From a virus (Duplodnaviria; Caudoviricetes): a stretch of 64,000 nucleotides of DNA. Of the stretch, positions 1 through 9,351 are shown piece after piece. Below the pieces are notes generated by a model. The model did not search any database. It had not been told where the DNA came from and saw only the letters and a program-made list of their open reading frames with translations. A program made the position numbers and the translations under genes. Position 1 is the stretch's first letter. Each line of letters opens with the position of its first letter. The stretch covers positions 192,001-256,000 of IMG/VR virus record IMGVR_UViG_3300021400_001148. One strand, given 5' to 3'.

Positions 1-2
1 TT

Positions 3-638
3 TCTGGATACACGATATCCACCGCGAGTACATATAGTGACCTTGAAATCAAGAGTAGTGATAACGCAAACACTGCTTTCGGAAAAATCCAGAAACAAAT
101 TCTCGACAATGAAGAAGTAACAAGTGCGGCCCTTAATGACCTGAATGGACGTATGGTGAAAGTAACCGATGGTAACGGTTTGTCAATTTCAAACGGAACC
201 ATTTCAATGGCTGCTGCGAATGGTGCTACTGCCGGTGCAGTAACTGCTGGTGCTCAGACATTCAATGGTAACAAGACGTTTAGTGGGAACATAACCGCTA
301 GCACGGTGACCACAACAACAGTCAACGCCCAGCAAGGTTTCTACCAAACATCTGACGAGCGGCTCAAAATCTTCATTGGTGAAGTTGATGGTGATATTGA
401 GAAAATCAAGAAAATCCCCACAACATACTTCTACTGGAAGAATGACTATGACGCAAGGCAGATGGGTACTTCTGCACAAAAAGTTAAAGAGGTCTACCCC
501 GAGATTGTTTCTGGAGACGAGCAACTTTCAGTCGACTATTCAAAATTTGGTATAATAGCCCTTGCCGCAATAAAGAAACTTGCTGAAAGAGTAGATGAAC
601 TTGAAAAAGAGGTTGCTGAATTGAAAGCATCTCGTTAA
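3..638 (+). CDS. Tail fibre/spike protein with C-terminal intramolecular chaperone (Peptidase_S74) domain; 5'-partial
   Basis: Frame is open from the window edge (…QILDNEEVTSAALNDLNGRM…); SDERLK…G.SAQ.V..VYPEIV…VDYSK followed by a coiled coil is the S74 signature. Confidence 0.85.
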   Translation, partial: SGYTISTASTYSDLEIKSSDNANTAFGKIQKQILDNEEVTSAALNDLNGRMVKVTDGNGLSISNGTISMAAANGATAGAVTAGAQTFNGNKTFSGNITASTVTTTTVNAQQGFYQTSDERLKIFIGEVDGDIEKIKKIPTTYFYWKNDYDARQMGTSAQKVKEVYPEIVSGDEQLSVDYSKFGIIALAAIKKLAERVDELEKEVAELKASR

Positions 639-660
639 GAAAATACCTAATCTCACGAAT

Positions 661-687
661 AACGCACCCCGGTAAGAGGTGCGTTTA
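661..687. terminator. Bidirectional intrinsic terminator
   Basis: AACGCACC…GGTGCGTT hairpin between convergent genes. Confidence 0.7.
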
Positions 688-2157
688 TTCTTTGTACCAT
701 GTGTACTTTATTAGCCCGCAGTCATAAATCCTCATAAGGCCAGCAGAAGTAGCCATTTCAGACTCTGTAAGGTTCAGGGGTAAGTCAAATCTTCTGGACA
801 AATCGCTCTTTCTGAAACCAAATTTGTGAGCCCTTACTAGTTTACCATTCTTTACAGTTATATATCTATAATCAGGCAAAAGTATTTTCTCTTTTTTAAA
901 ACCAAGTCTATCATATAAATTTGGCTTAATTGTCGTGGTCCACCGACGGTCAGCGAAAGACTTGATTTTTTTCGGGTCCCACCCGTCTATAAATTTTTTC
1001 AATAATTTTCCGGCAACGCCACAAACAACATAATCTATTTTAGACGCAAAACGGTTTAGTTCCCACTCATCCTTTCTTTTAATAAAAGTCATCACCGAAA
1101 CAAGTTCGGAGTTGAAAAAAGCGCCTAAATAAACAGTTGCTTTACTAAAACCTTGTATGTGGTTTATATATAAAAAATCCTTAGCCTCTGCCGCTGAAAT
1201 TGTGGAAACATCACACTTCCTCCCATATATATGTTTCCCACAGGATAAGTTCAAAATATGTTTTATTTTTTCTAAAACAATTTCCCGGTGGTTTACATAT
1301 TCATCTTCAAAAACTTGTATTAGCCTTATTCCTTTTGATTCACAGGCTTCGGTTTTCATTAGGTGATAGTTTTTATTTTTTTTCTCAGAACTATGCCAAT
1401 ACAAACCATTATATTCAATTGCCAACTTGTATTTCGGAATATATACATCCAATTCAATATTTCCAAGAGTTTTTCGGTCTCTGAATATTACATTCTCCGG
1501 TCCTACGATACTTTTAACATATTCACCTATTTCTGTTTCTGCAGCAGAGGTGTTGGCATAACACTTCAAACACCCACCATGTGGTGAGGTTAGGTGGTCG
1601 CAGGCAATTTTTTCAAACATATTGCCGCATTTGCGGCACTTTATCCTGATTTTACTATGGCTGTTTTTATATAAAGTGTTTATTTCAGGAAATTCATAGA
1701 TATCACCAAACCTTTTTTTCGATTCTTCAATAAAATCATTATATTGCCCCCGCCTCCACTCTTTTGCGTATTTTTTCCCGCACTCAGGACAGCCTTGTTT
1801 TTGGAAAATGTGATTGTGCGGGTTCTGTTTGAAAACACCGTGTATAGGACATATAATGCTAACCGGCGTTCTCTTGTTCACATAATGTGTAAGTGAATAG
1901 TCGTACTTGTCCCCGTGTATTTCTTTGGCTTTTTCGATGAATTTTTCTGTATTCCACTTATGAAGTCCGGAGCACTCGGGGCAGCCATTGATACTAGATA
2001 GGAAAACAGACGGTTTTGCCCAGAACTCACCATGTTCCGGGCAAATTATGCATACCTTTGTTTGGCTGTTTTTGTATTCTACTTTCGAATAGTCAAACTT
2101 GTTTCCGAACTTCTTTATAGCCTCTTCAAGAAATTCGCTTTGTGTTTTTTTCTGCAT
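685..2157 (-). CDS. Hef-like homing endonuclease (CPxHG zinc repeats, Vsr/PD-(D/E)XK domain, GNAT/Mom-like C-terminus)
   Basis: YDYS…ICPxHG repeats; ELDVYIP…AIEYNGLYWHS; NHIQG, ELNRFA, SFADRRW, IYDCG. Confidence 0.8.
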   Translation of the reverse strand: MQKKTQSEFLEEAIKKFGNKFDYSKVEYKNSQTKVCIICPEHGEFWAKPSVFLSSINGCPECSGLHKWNTEKFIEKAKEIHGDKYDYSLTHYVNKRTPVSIICPIHGVFKQNPHNHIFQKQGCPECGKKYAKEWRRGQYNDFIEESKKRFGDIYEFPEINTLYKNSHSKIRIKCRKCGNMFEKIACDHLTSPHGGCLKCYANTSAAETEIGEYVKSIVGPENVIFRDRKTLGNIELDVYIPKYKLAIEYNGLYWHSSEKKNKNYHLMKTEACESKGIRLIQVFEDEYVNHREIVLEKIKHILNLSCGKHIYGRKCDVSTISAAEAKDFLYINHIQGFSKATVYLGAFFNSELVSVMTFIKRKDEWELNRFASKIDYVVCGVAGKLLKKFIDGWDPKKIKSFADRRWTTTIKPNLYDRLGFKKEKILLPDYRYITVKNGKLVRAHKFGFRKSDLSRRFDLPLNLTESEMATSAGLMRIYDCGLIKYTWYKE

Positions 2158-2178
2158 TCACAAATCAATTCTTGCTTT

Positions 2179-3747
2179 TTAGTCAAAAACATCTTCGTCT
2201 GTGTCGTCAGGGATTAAATCATACACCGTACCAATAACTATACCCTTGAATTTTTTGGAAACGAAATTATTTGTAAGAGGGTCCAATTCAACGATTTCCT
2301 TCATTTCTTTGGTGAGGTTGCCGGCTAGAATTTTTTCCCGTTGTTCTTCCTCTACATGCTTTAAATCTTCAATGAGTTCGTTCCACTTCACCCTTTCGAG
2401 ATTGATACCCAGCCTTTCTTCCAACTCTTTCCGCTCAAGGTATTTTTTCTTAATGTCTTCCCAACTGACACCACATTCTTCGGTGTAAGGTGGAGTCCAT
2501 TCAGGATGTTTAATCCAGAACTCAATTTCACGGTCTTCCATTCTAAGAATGTCTTCGATTTTATCCTCATCCCCCGGATTATTAGGCTCGCCAGAAACGA
2601 GTTTAGCCTCTTCGTTCGTGAAATATTTACGGTCTTTCGGGTTTTCAATAAGAATAGATGACCTTATGTTCTTTGAAAAACAGACCAGAAGTGGTGTTAT
2701 TCGCTTATTGAACATATCAATGTATTTAGCAACATTGTACTCTTTTCCAATATCATCACAGAAATGGTCATCCTCTGAGTCTACAATATTCCGGTCCAAG
2801 AGTTCGCTTGCAAAGATGAGTTCATATTCCTTCGTGTAGAAACACTTGTTTTCTTTCATCCATTCTATTTCTGGATAAACACCATCGGGGTAATCTTCAT
2901 GATTCTTTTTCCACTCTTTAGCCCCCTTTTCAACCTCTTTTGTCCTGTCAGTCTTGGTTCCATCAGCATTAACTTCATACCATTTTGTAACCTTTTTAAT
3001 GTCTGATTCAGATTTCTTTTTGCCAGTATTAATGTAATAAATCGTTTCGCCAATATCGGGTTTCAGCCCCGCCTTTATACATAGTTCATACCATGCCTGC
3101 CTTGACTTGGGCCGACCGGCTTTAGTAAGGGTTGCACAATCCTTAATATACTCATCCATACTCTTCTTAATCTTACCCTTGGAGGCAATCTGAATGAGGG
3201 GGATTTGATAATTATATATTTTCTCGATATAACTGTAATAATAGTCAAGGAATGCCGGCCCATTATCCTGCAGAAGCATACGAACCCCCTTGTCGAGGAA
3301 CTCAGCAATATACCCCGGCATTTTTTTCGATTTAATTGTGTTGCCGACAAGTTTCACATCTTTCGGATAAGGATTTTCCGGAAAGTAGTCAGCATAGTTT
3401 TTCCTCGAGAAGTTGATGGTTGATTCTACAATTTCGTCTATTCCGAGACCCATCTTGTTAACAGCCTCCGGATGATAATGCTTGTCTGACATATACAAGT
3501 CATTAAACTCAGCAACATCCGCCTTGTAGCCCGTGTATTCAACACCCTGTTTAGTCTCACGGCTAAGCCCGGGGCTAATATAAGGGTGCTCTTTAGTGTA
3601 ACGAAATTCGGTTTCGTCTGGAAGTTGAAAGTTGAACCCATCTGTATTTGAGTTCACATTCATCCCGAGTGCATTTACAACAGTACCATCAAGGGAAATG
3701 TCGTAAACATATGCAGATGTTTTTCCTTTATTTGTTTTTTCTAACAT
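2179..3747 (-). CDS. polB: Family B DNA polymerase, C-terminal half, with N-terminal split-intein C fragment
   Basis: VYDIS…NSN|TDG completes the GD/TD motif; RKNYA and thumb region follow. Confidence 0.9.
   Translation of the reverse strand: MLEKTNKGKTSAYVYDISLDGTVVNALGMNVNSNTDGFNFQLPDETEFRYTKEHPYISPGLSRETKQGVEYTGYKADVAEFNDLYMSDKHYHPEAVNKMGLGIDEIVESTINFSRKNYADYFPENPYPKDVKLVGNTIKSKKMPGYIAEFLDKGVRMLLQDNGPAFLDYYYSYIEKIYNYQIPLIQIASKGKIKKSMDEYIKDCATLTKAGRPKSRQAWYELCIKAGLKPDIGETIYYINTGKKKSESDIKKVTKWYEVNADGTKTDRTKEVEKGAKEWKKNHEDYPDGVYPEIEWMKENKCFYTKEYELIFASELLDRNIVDSEDDHFCDDIGKEYNVAKYIDMFNKRITPLLVCFSKNIRSSILIENPKDRKYFTNEEAKLVSGEPNNPGDEDKIEDILRMEDREIEFWIKHPEWTPPYTEECGVSWEDIKKKYLERKELEERLGINLERVKWNELIEDLKHVEEEQREKILAGNLTKEMKEIVELDPLTNNFVSKKFKGIVIGTVYDLIPDDTDEDVFD
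3646..3747 (-). other. Split intein C-fragment (34 aa; terminal Asn, Thr+1)
   Basis: Block F YVYDISL, block G NVNSN|T; penultimate residue is Ser rather than His. Confidence 0.85.
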
Positions 3748-3765
3748 ATCTTAAATCTAATGTTG

Positions 3766-3773
3766 CAAATATA
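3766..3773 (-). promoter_or_regulatory. Bacteroidota-type -7 promoter (TATATTTG) for the polB C-half
   Basis: TAnnTTTG about 20 nt upstream of the ATG. Confidence 0.7.
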
Positions 3774-3865
3774 CATTTTTCTTTGGAATTTTAAGGATTT
3801 TTGGCGCAGTATCTATTATACCAAACATTATATGTTTTTCTGTGGACAACATGTATATAGTTCCC

Positions 3866-5575
3866 TTAAATATCTTGCTTCTTTAATGTCCAGATATATT
3901 TTCTTGTTCCGCAGTCATACACCCGGTACCACCCTTTAGATTCACAAAATTCTTTTTCTGTCATCTCTGACGGGCATCCATATTTCCTAATGAGCACATC
4001 TTTTCTCATATTAAATCGATTAACCCTGCGTTTATTGATTACATAAAAATAACTTGGGGGTGTGTTCTCCTCAAACTCAAACCCTATTTTTTCATACAAG
4101 TTTCCATTGGACCATCTCCTGTCAGCAAAAGACTTAACTTTTTCCGGAGAATATGTTTCTACGAAATACTTAAACATTCTGCTTGCACCCCCGACTACGG
4201 TTGTGCCCAGCATGTTAGCAAACCTCACTAATTCATATTCTTTATCATTCCGAGGCTTACCGTTAAGATTAATCCTGTTTCGACAAAATGCCATAACACT
4301 CACCAGTTCATCTTCATAAAACAAGCCTATTCTCACATTCGTTTGTGTTTTACCTTGTATGTGGTTCCTGTCTAAAAACCGAGTGGCCGTTTTCGAGTCT
4401 ACTTCCGCAATACGACAATTTCTTGCATATATCTTTTTCTCAGTAAAGCCGAGGATGTTCCTAATCCTACTTTTACAAATGCTGTTCTTGAGCATCCACT
4501 CATCATCAAAGATTTGTATCAGGCGAATGCCCTTCTTTTCGCATTCTTCAGTTTTCAACAAGTGGTACTTCTTTTCAGTATTAAACTTTTCAGAGTGCCA
4601 GATTAGCCCATTCATCTCAAAACCAATGTTCAGGCCGGGGATAAAAATATCAATCTCCTTCGGGGGGATTACATCTCTGACATTTTCAAGAACCTCCGTA
4701 CTAGGTAGAAGTGACTTGATATACTCCAATAATTCTTTCTCAACCGTTGACTTGTCTTTAAAACATTTTGGACAGCCCTGCCCAAAAAGGTGGTTCCCCG
4801 CTATCTGTTCAAATTCACCGTGTATTGGGCATATTATCTTTAGTGGCTGACGGCTGTTTTCGTAAACAGATTGAGTATAATCATATTTGTCACCGTGAAC
4901 TTCCCTTGCTCTTTGCACCCATTCTTCTGTCGTCATCAATCTTTCACTACCACACTTTATCCTTCCACATACGGGACACCCTTGTTTTCCTTTGATGTGG
5001 TTGTTCATTGTTTGATAAAACACTCCATGCTCAGGGCAAATAATTGGATATTTAATACGGTCATTCTTGTACTCCGTGAGCATTGAATAATCGTATTTGT
5101 CCCCGTGGACTTTTTTTGCTTCCTCTATTACGGATTGAATACTCCTGCGATTCTTGGACGATGACTTTATGTATCTACACTTTGGGCATCCCTCCCCGGA
5201 CAGCAAGTGCCCCGGGGTTATTTCAAACTGACCATGTTCACAGCCGTTTTCGTCTTTCTCGTGACAAGTAACTGTTATTTTGGTTTTATTATTTACATAG
5301 ACCGTATTTTCGAATGTATATGTGCTGCAATGAGGTAGTTTGCTTACTTTATCAACAAACTCCTCGGTTGTGTACTGGTATCTTCCACTGCACTTTTTGC
5401 AACCATCGCCACGATATATGTGATGATAAAAATCTTTGTAAAAGACACCATGCTCTGGGCAAATGATGGGGCATTTAGTTCTATTATTTACATATTCTTT
5501 TATAAGAGAATAGTCATATTTGAAGTTATGCACCTCGTTTGCCAATCTGATACATTCGGATAGTGTATTTTTCAT
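3866..5575 (-). CDS. Hef-like homing endonuclease between the polB halves
   Basis: Four CPxHG-type zinc repeats; EIDIFIP…GFEMNGLIWHSE; NHIQG, SFADRRWS, VYDCG. Confidence 0.8.
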   Translation of the reverse strand: MKNTLSECIRLANEVHNFKYDYSLIKEYVNNRTKCPIICPEHGVFYKDFYHHIYRGDGCKKCSGRYQYTTEEFVDKVSKLPHCSTYTFENTVYVNNKTKITVTCHEKDENGCEHGQFEITPGHLLSGEGCPKCRYIKSSSKNRRSIQSVIEEAKKVHGDKYDYSMLTEYKNDRIKYPIICPEHGVFYQTMNNHIKGKQGCPVCGRIKCGSERLMTTEEWVQRAREVHGDKYDYTQSVYENSRQPLKIICPIHGEFEQIAGNHLFGQGCPKCFKDKSTVEKELLEYIKSLLPSTEVLENVRDVIPPKEIDIFIPGLNIGFEMNGLIWHSEKFNTEKKYHLLKTEECEKKGIRLIQIFDDEWMLKNSICKSRIRNILGFTEKKIYARNCRIAEVDSKTATRFLDRNHIQGKTQTNVRIGLFYEDELVSVMAFCRNRINLNGKPRNDKEYELVRFANMLGTTVVGGASRMFKYFVETYSPEKVKSFADRRWSNGNLYEKIGFEFEENTPPSYFYVINKRRVNRFNMRKDVLIRKYGCPSEMTEKEFCESKGWYRVYDCGTRKYIWTLKKQDI

Positions 5576-5623
5576 TTTTTTCTTATAAATATCTTGTTGC
5601 GGACAAAAGTACCAAAAAACGAT

Positions 5624-8110
5624 TTATTTTATGCCAGAATAAGTGCTCACTTCAGATATCATTTTTAAAAAATACAACCCAGCAAGGCAAGTTTTACTAT
5701 ACTGAATGTCATCGCGGTAATTTTTTATGAACACCTCGTAAAATTCTCGCCCTTCTTTTGTTGGCCTATTAAGAAACCATGATGGAACTCTGTCTATTTT
5801 ACCATTCGCAAGTGCTTTGGCGTAAAAATGAGGATTTCTTGTATCCGCCGGAAGCCATTTTGCTTTTTTAAAAACCTCGTAATCGTTAAAATATTCAAGA
5901 TGAGTTTCATTATTAACTTCTGATGGCTTAATTTTTTCCTTTTTATCATTAAAAAGGCTGTGGTCTTCAGTGACTTCTATCTTCATATCACCATCTGTGA
6001 TTTCATAAATGTCCTTATCAGTTTTATGGCGGTAAATGTATGATGGGGTTACCCATCCACTTCGACAAAGGACTTGGTACGGTTTTGGCGAATAATCGTA
6101 TTCACGGCCAAGCGCATCAGTTTCAATTTTATTCTCATCTATAAGTTCGCATATAGGTTTAATATCAATTGCTCCATTCTTTACATTGCGAACAAATACA
6201 GGAGTGTCTTCAGTGAACGAGTCGCCAACGATAGGCTTATAGCCAAGTCCCATAAAATGGCTTATCATTAAGCGAAGGCTTTGTCGGCCAGTACAGGTGA
6301 TTCTCTCAGCACAGTTTTTGTCGCCAAGAGGGAAAAGGTTTTCTGCGCCAAAACTACCAAACGCTGAGTTTCCAAGGATTTTCAGAGGGTTCTGTAATCG
6401 GTCATTCTTCATCTCCTCATTTTCCCAGTGCTGGATTTCGGAGAGTAAAGATTTATCTTGTGTCTCTTTATACTCTTTTCGTTTGGCCTCGGCGTTTTTG
6501 GCACCTATTTTCTTTAGTTTCTTATATGTCTCTCGCTGTGTGAGAACATAGTTCAGCATGGCCGGGAGAACACCCTGAATATCAATTTTCGGGTCAATGT
6601 GCCAAGTAAGCATAATGGAGGGGTACAGAGAGTTGTAGTCAAGTTTGATGACTTTCTTAATGAACCCCGTGCGGCAAAGACGGGACAAACCCCCGGTAAA
6701 TGCACCACCCTTTCCGAAAGCCGGAACAGCAAGGCCCTGCTCATAGGACCACGCAAGAATAATAAGTTTCCAAATGCCGGCGGTACCCATTGTACAGGCC
6801 CTTGCAAAACCAGTGGGAACAATTTTATTAATAAGGAAATTGGCTTGATTAAGTTGGAGTTCCACCTTGTCAGTTTCCCAAATATCATCAAGGAGGTACC
6901 GGTCAACGATGTAGGCACCTGTCTTTAACACATATCCCTCTTTAAGGGGATGTTTTTCATCAACAAGATACCAATCCCCGTTTTCATCGTTAAAGGCAAA
7001 TGCGTCGCCCTCTGTCCTGAGAGTCGTAGTAATCTTGTCTCCGGGGATGTATACACGGTTCGGCTTGTTCAGTGAAAGATACTTGGTAACATACTTCAAG
7101 TCTGCTTTAAGCATACTACTATCACCGGCCTGTGCACGGCGGGCGGCGTGCAGACTATCGAGAACGATGTGCCCCGGGACGATTGTCTGATAATATGTTT
7201 CAACCTCACCGCCGAGTTTAAGTGTTGTCGGCTTCGGGTTCTTGTAAATAGGGCCGCCGAAAAGTTCTTTGGTAAACGCTTCGAAATCGCCACCAAGAAT
7301 CTTATATCTTGCAATGACATGGTTCCAGTCGAAGTTCTCACTGTTGTGACCGGCAATGGTATCCGGGTCCTTTGTGTATATGATTCTGAGAAAATCTTCA
7401 ATGCATTTTTTCTCGCTTGCGTCCAGTTCCTCTTTGGTATTTCCCTTGACAGTAAGAATCTTCTCGAAGCCCTTGTTAACCCTAATACCGATTTTAGTGA
7501 TGCGGTGCTTGTCCTCGAGGCCCTCGGACTCAATATCCCAAAGAAGTCTGTGGATATCGTCATAAGTTTCATAACCCTGAAACAGTCTCGTGCCAGTAGC
7601 AATCATATACTGTTCCTGTGGGGAGACAGAAAGGAAAGGCCTGTCGTCACCCATGAACTGTTTATTGTCAGGGTCATCGTTATTGCCGCGGTCAGAAAAC
7701 ACCGGAGTCCCCGCATCTTTGAAAAACTTCAGAAATGTGGAGTATGACATTGGATGTGTGGCTCTGAAAATGAACTTGTAGCCATTGACCATTCGTTCCT
7801 CTTCAGTGCCATCATAGCCTTTTGTACGAAGTTTCTTTACCTCAATTCCGTATTTGTTGAGGAGTTGCTTAACCAGATGACGGTCACCGCCGCACATCTT
7901 GTCACAGATAGAATATTTTGCCCATACGAACGGATAGAAGTCGTCGTATTTTATGGCTTTTTCGTCTTTTTCTGTTCTGTATGTGATTTTGGCCTGTGTA
8001 TCTCCGTATGTAATATCAACTGAGATTGCCCGTTTGAAGGGGTTGCGGCCGTTCAAGAATTTCTCAATTTCCTCAAAGGAAATGTTTGGCTTTTGCTCTA
8101 TTTCTGCCAT
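5624..8110 (-). CDS. polB: Family B DNA polymerase, N-terminal half (exonuclease and palm) with C-terminal split-intein N fragment
   Basis: Exo I WDIESE, Exo II GHNSENFDW, motif A LDYNSLYPSI, motif B KILGNSAFG, then IVGD|SFTEDTP. Confidence 0.92.
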   Translation of the reverse strand: MAEIEQKPNISFEEIEKFLNGRNPFKRAISVDITYGDTQAKITYRTEKDEKAIKYDDFYPFVWAKYSICDKMCGGDRHLVKQLLNKYGIEVKKLRTKGYDGTEEERMVNGYKFIFRATHPMSYSTFLKFFKDAGTPVFSDRGNNDDPDNKQFMGDDRPFLSVSPQEQYMIATGTRLFQGYETYDDIHRLLWDIESEGLEDKHRITKIGIRVNKGFEKILTVKGNTKEELDASEKKCIEDFLRIIYTKDPDTIAGHNSENFDWNHVIARYKILGGDFEAFTKELFGGPIYKNPKPTTLKLGGEVETYYQTIVPGHIVLDSLHAARRAQAGDSSMLKADLKYVTKYLSLNKPNRVYIPGDKITTTLRTEGDAFAFNDENGDWYLVDEKHPLKEGYVLKTGAYIVDRYLLDDIWETDKVELQLNQANFLINKIVPTGFARACTMGTAGIWKLIILAWSYEQGLAVPAFGKGGAFTGGLSRLCRTGFIKKVIKLDYNSLYPSIMLTWHIDPKIDIQGVLPAMLNYVLTQRETYKKLKKIGAKNAEAKRKEYKETQDKSLLSEIQHWENEEMKNDRLQNPLKILGNSAFGSFGAENLFPLGDKNCAERITCTGRQSLRLMISHFMGLGYKPIVGDSFTEDTPVFVRNVKNGAIDIKPICELIDENKIETDALGREYDYSPKPYQVLCRSGWVTPSYIYRHKTDKDIYEITDGDMKIEVTEDHSLFNDKKEKIKPSEVNNETHLEYFNDYEVFKKAKWLPADTRNPHFYAKALANGKIDRVPSWFLNRPTKEGREFYEVFIKNYRDDIQYSKTCLAGLYFLKMISEVSTYSGIK
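5627..6220 (-). other. Split intein N-fragment (198 aa, Ser1)
   Basis: Block A SFTEDTPVFV directly after VGD; block B IEVTEDHSLF. Confidence 0.88.
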
Positions 8111-8177
8111 TTCTTTCAAAAAATTATATTTATAGTTATAGGATTAGAGCACACACTTGTGCATCATCTTTTCGTGA

Positions 8178-8185
8178 CAAATATA
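8178..8185 (-). promoter_or_regulatory. Bacteroidota-type -7 promoter for the polB N-half
   Basis: TATATTTG upstream of ATG 8110. Confidence 0.6.
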
Positions 8186-8193
8186 CAAAAATT

Positions 8194-9351
8194 ATGAAGA
8201 TTTTTTTAACCGAGGAGCAAATAAGAAAAATGCTCAACGAATCATTTTCGAGATACATATACCATTTTACAACATATGAGGTACTTTACAATATGCTAAA
8301 AATGGACGCGTTTATTCTGAGTAGTTCGTTAACAACACAAGTCGACAAAGAATTAAATAATGGCTATTCTTTTTACATGTCATTCACAAGGCAACACACA
8401 AACAAAGTTGGCTTCCCGGCGTGGAAAAACTATGTGGTATCCAGAAGTAATGGCCCAGAGAGTGACTTTATGAATGTTAGAATTACAGTAAACGGTGATT
8501 TGCTGGGCAGTACATATAAGGGCTCTCCGGTAAATTATCACCATAAAGCAATACGAACAAGCAATCAGCAAAAAGAGGTTGGGTCTGACCCGGCTGTGCT
8601 GGTTACAATAAGGCAATCAGAAGATAGACTTTTGTCCAACGAACCCATTGTTAAAGGGATTTCGCGTTTCATTGAAAGAATAGACATTCTGGCTCCGAAA
8701 TCTGAAAACAACACCATAAAACAGAATACGGTAAACTCAATTTATAAAATATTAAGAATATCAAAGAATGAATATGCAAACAGAATTTTTGTCTATGATA
8801 ACGAAAGGGATTTTAACATGCCTAAGTCAAGAAATTACATCAATGGCAAAATAATCTCTATGCTATCAGGCAATATTCTTAATTCAATTAACGATAAAAA
8901 CATCATTAATAATGATATCGTAAAGCAAAATACCGTTACTAGCAGAGGGCATGACAGAATTAAACTTTTAAGTCAATATCAACTCGAATATATTGGCGCA
9001 ACTGCCATAATGCTGGCAGAATTGACTAGAAACCCGGGGAATATAGAAAAATATATTGATTATATTTTTTCCACAAGACAAAAGTATGTCGGAAATACAA
9101 AGATAGCAAGGGAAAAAGGACAAGCCCTGCGGCTCGGAAAAAAACTTTTTAAAACGAACAACCCCATTGAAAGTTATCTGGGAAAATTTAAGTTTTTTTC
9201 CCAGTCATTTTCTGGCAGCACAAGAGACATGTATGCTCTTATGATGCATTTAATGAAACAAGTCGTAGATGCTTATGGATTTGGCTCAGTTCCGCAGTTA
9301 CTCCGAGCCATTAATAGTGGAAAACTTAAACCAATGCACTTGAACCTTTAA
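8194..9351 (+). CDS. Hypothetical protein with LTE-type leader; first domain possibly ADP-ribosyltransferase-like
   Basis: MKIFLTEEQIRKMLNES start, TATTTATA at 8127; YHFT…SFTR…EDR pattern. Confidence 0.65.
   Translation: MKIFLTEEQIRKMLNESFSRYIYHFTTYEVLYNMLKMDAFILSSSLTTQVDKELNNGYSFYMSFTRQHTNKVGFPAWKNYVVSRSNGPESDFMNVRITVNGDLLGSTYKGSPVNYHHKAIRTSNQQKEVGSDPAVLVTIRQSEDRLLSNEPIVKGISRFIERIDILAPKSENNTIKQNTVNSIYKILRISKNEYANRIFVYDNERDFNMPKSRNYINGKIISMLSGNILNSINDKNIINNDIVKQNTVTSRGHDRIKLLSQYQLEYIGATAIMLAELTRNPGNIEKYIDYIFSTRQKYVGNTKIAREKGQALRLGKKLFKTNNPIESYLGKFKFFSQSFSGSTRDMYALMMHLMKQVVDAYGFGSVPQLLRAINSGKLKPMHLNL

Noticed and set aside
3748-5623. Self-splicing intron as the explanation for the split polB
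   Set aside because: No group I/II core in the short spacers; the C-half has its own promoter and start codon; intein blocks cap both halves
8148-8164. Hairpin in the polB 5' UTR as a T4-like autogenous operator
   Set aside because: Only a 5-bp stem; not distinguishable from chance without comparative data
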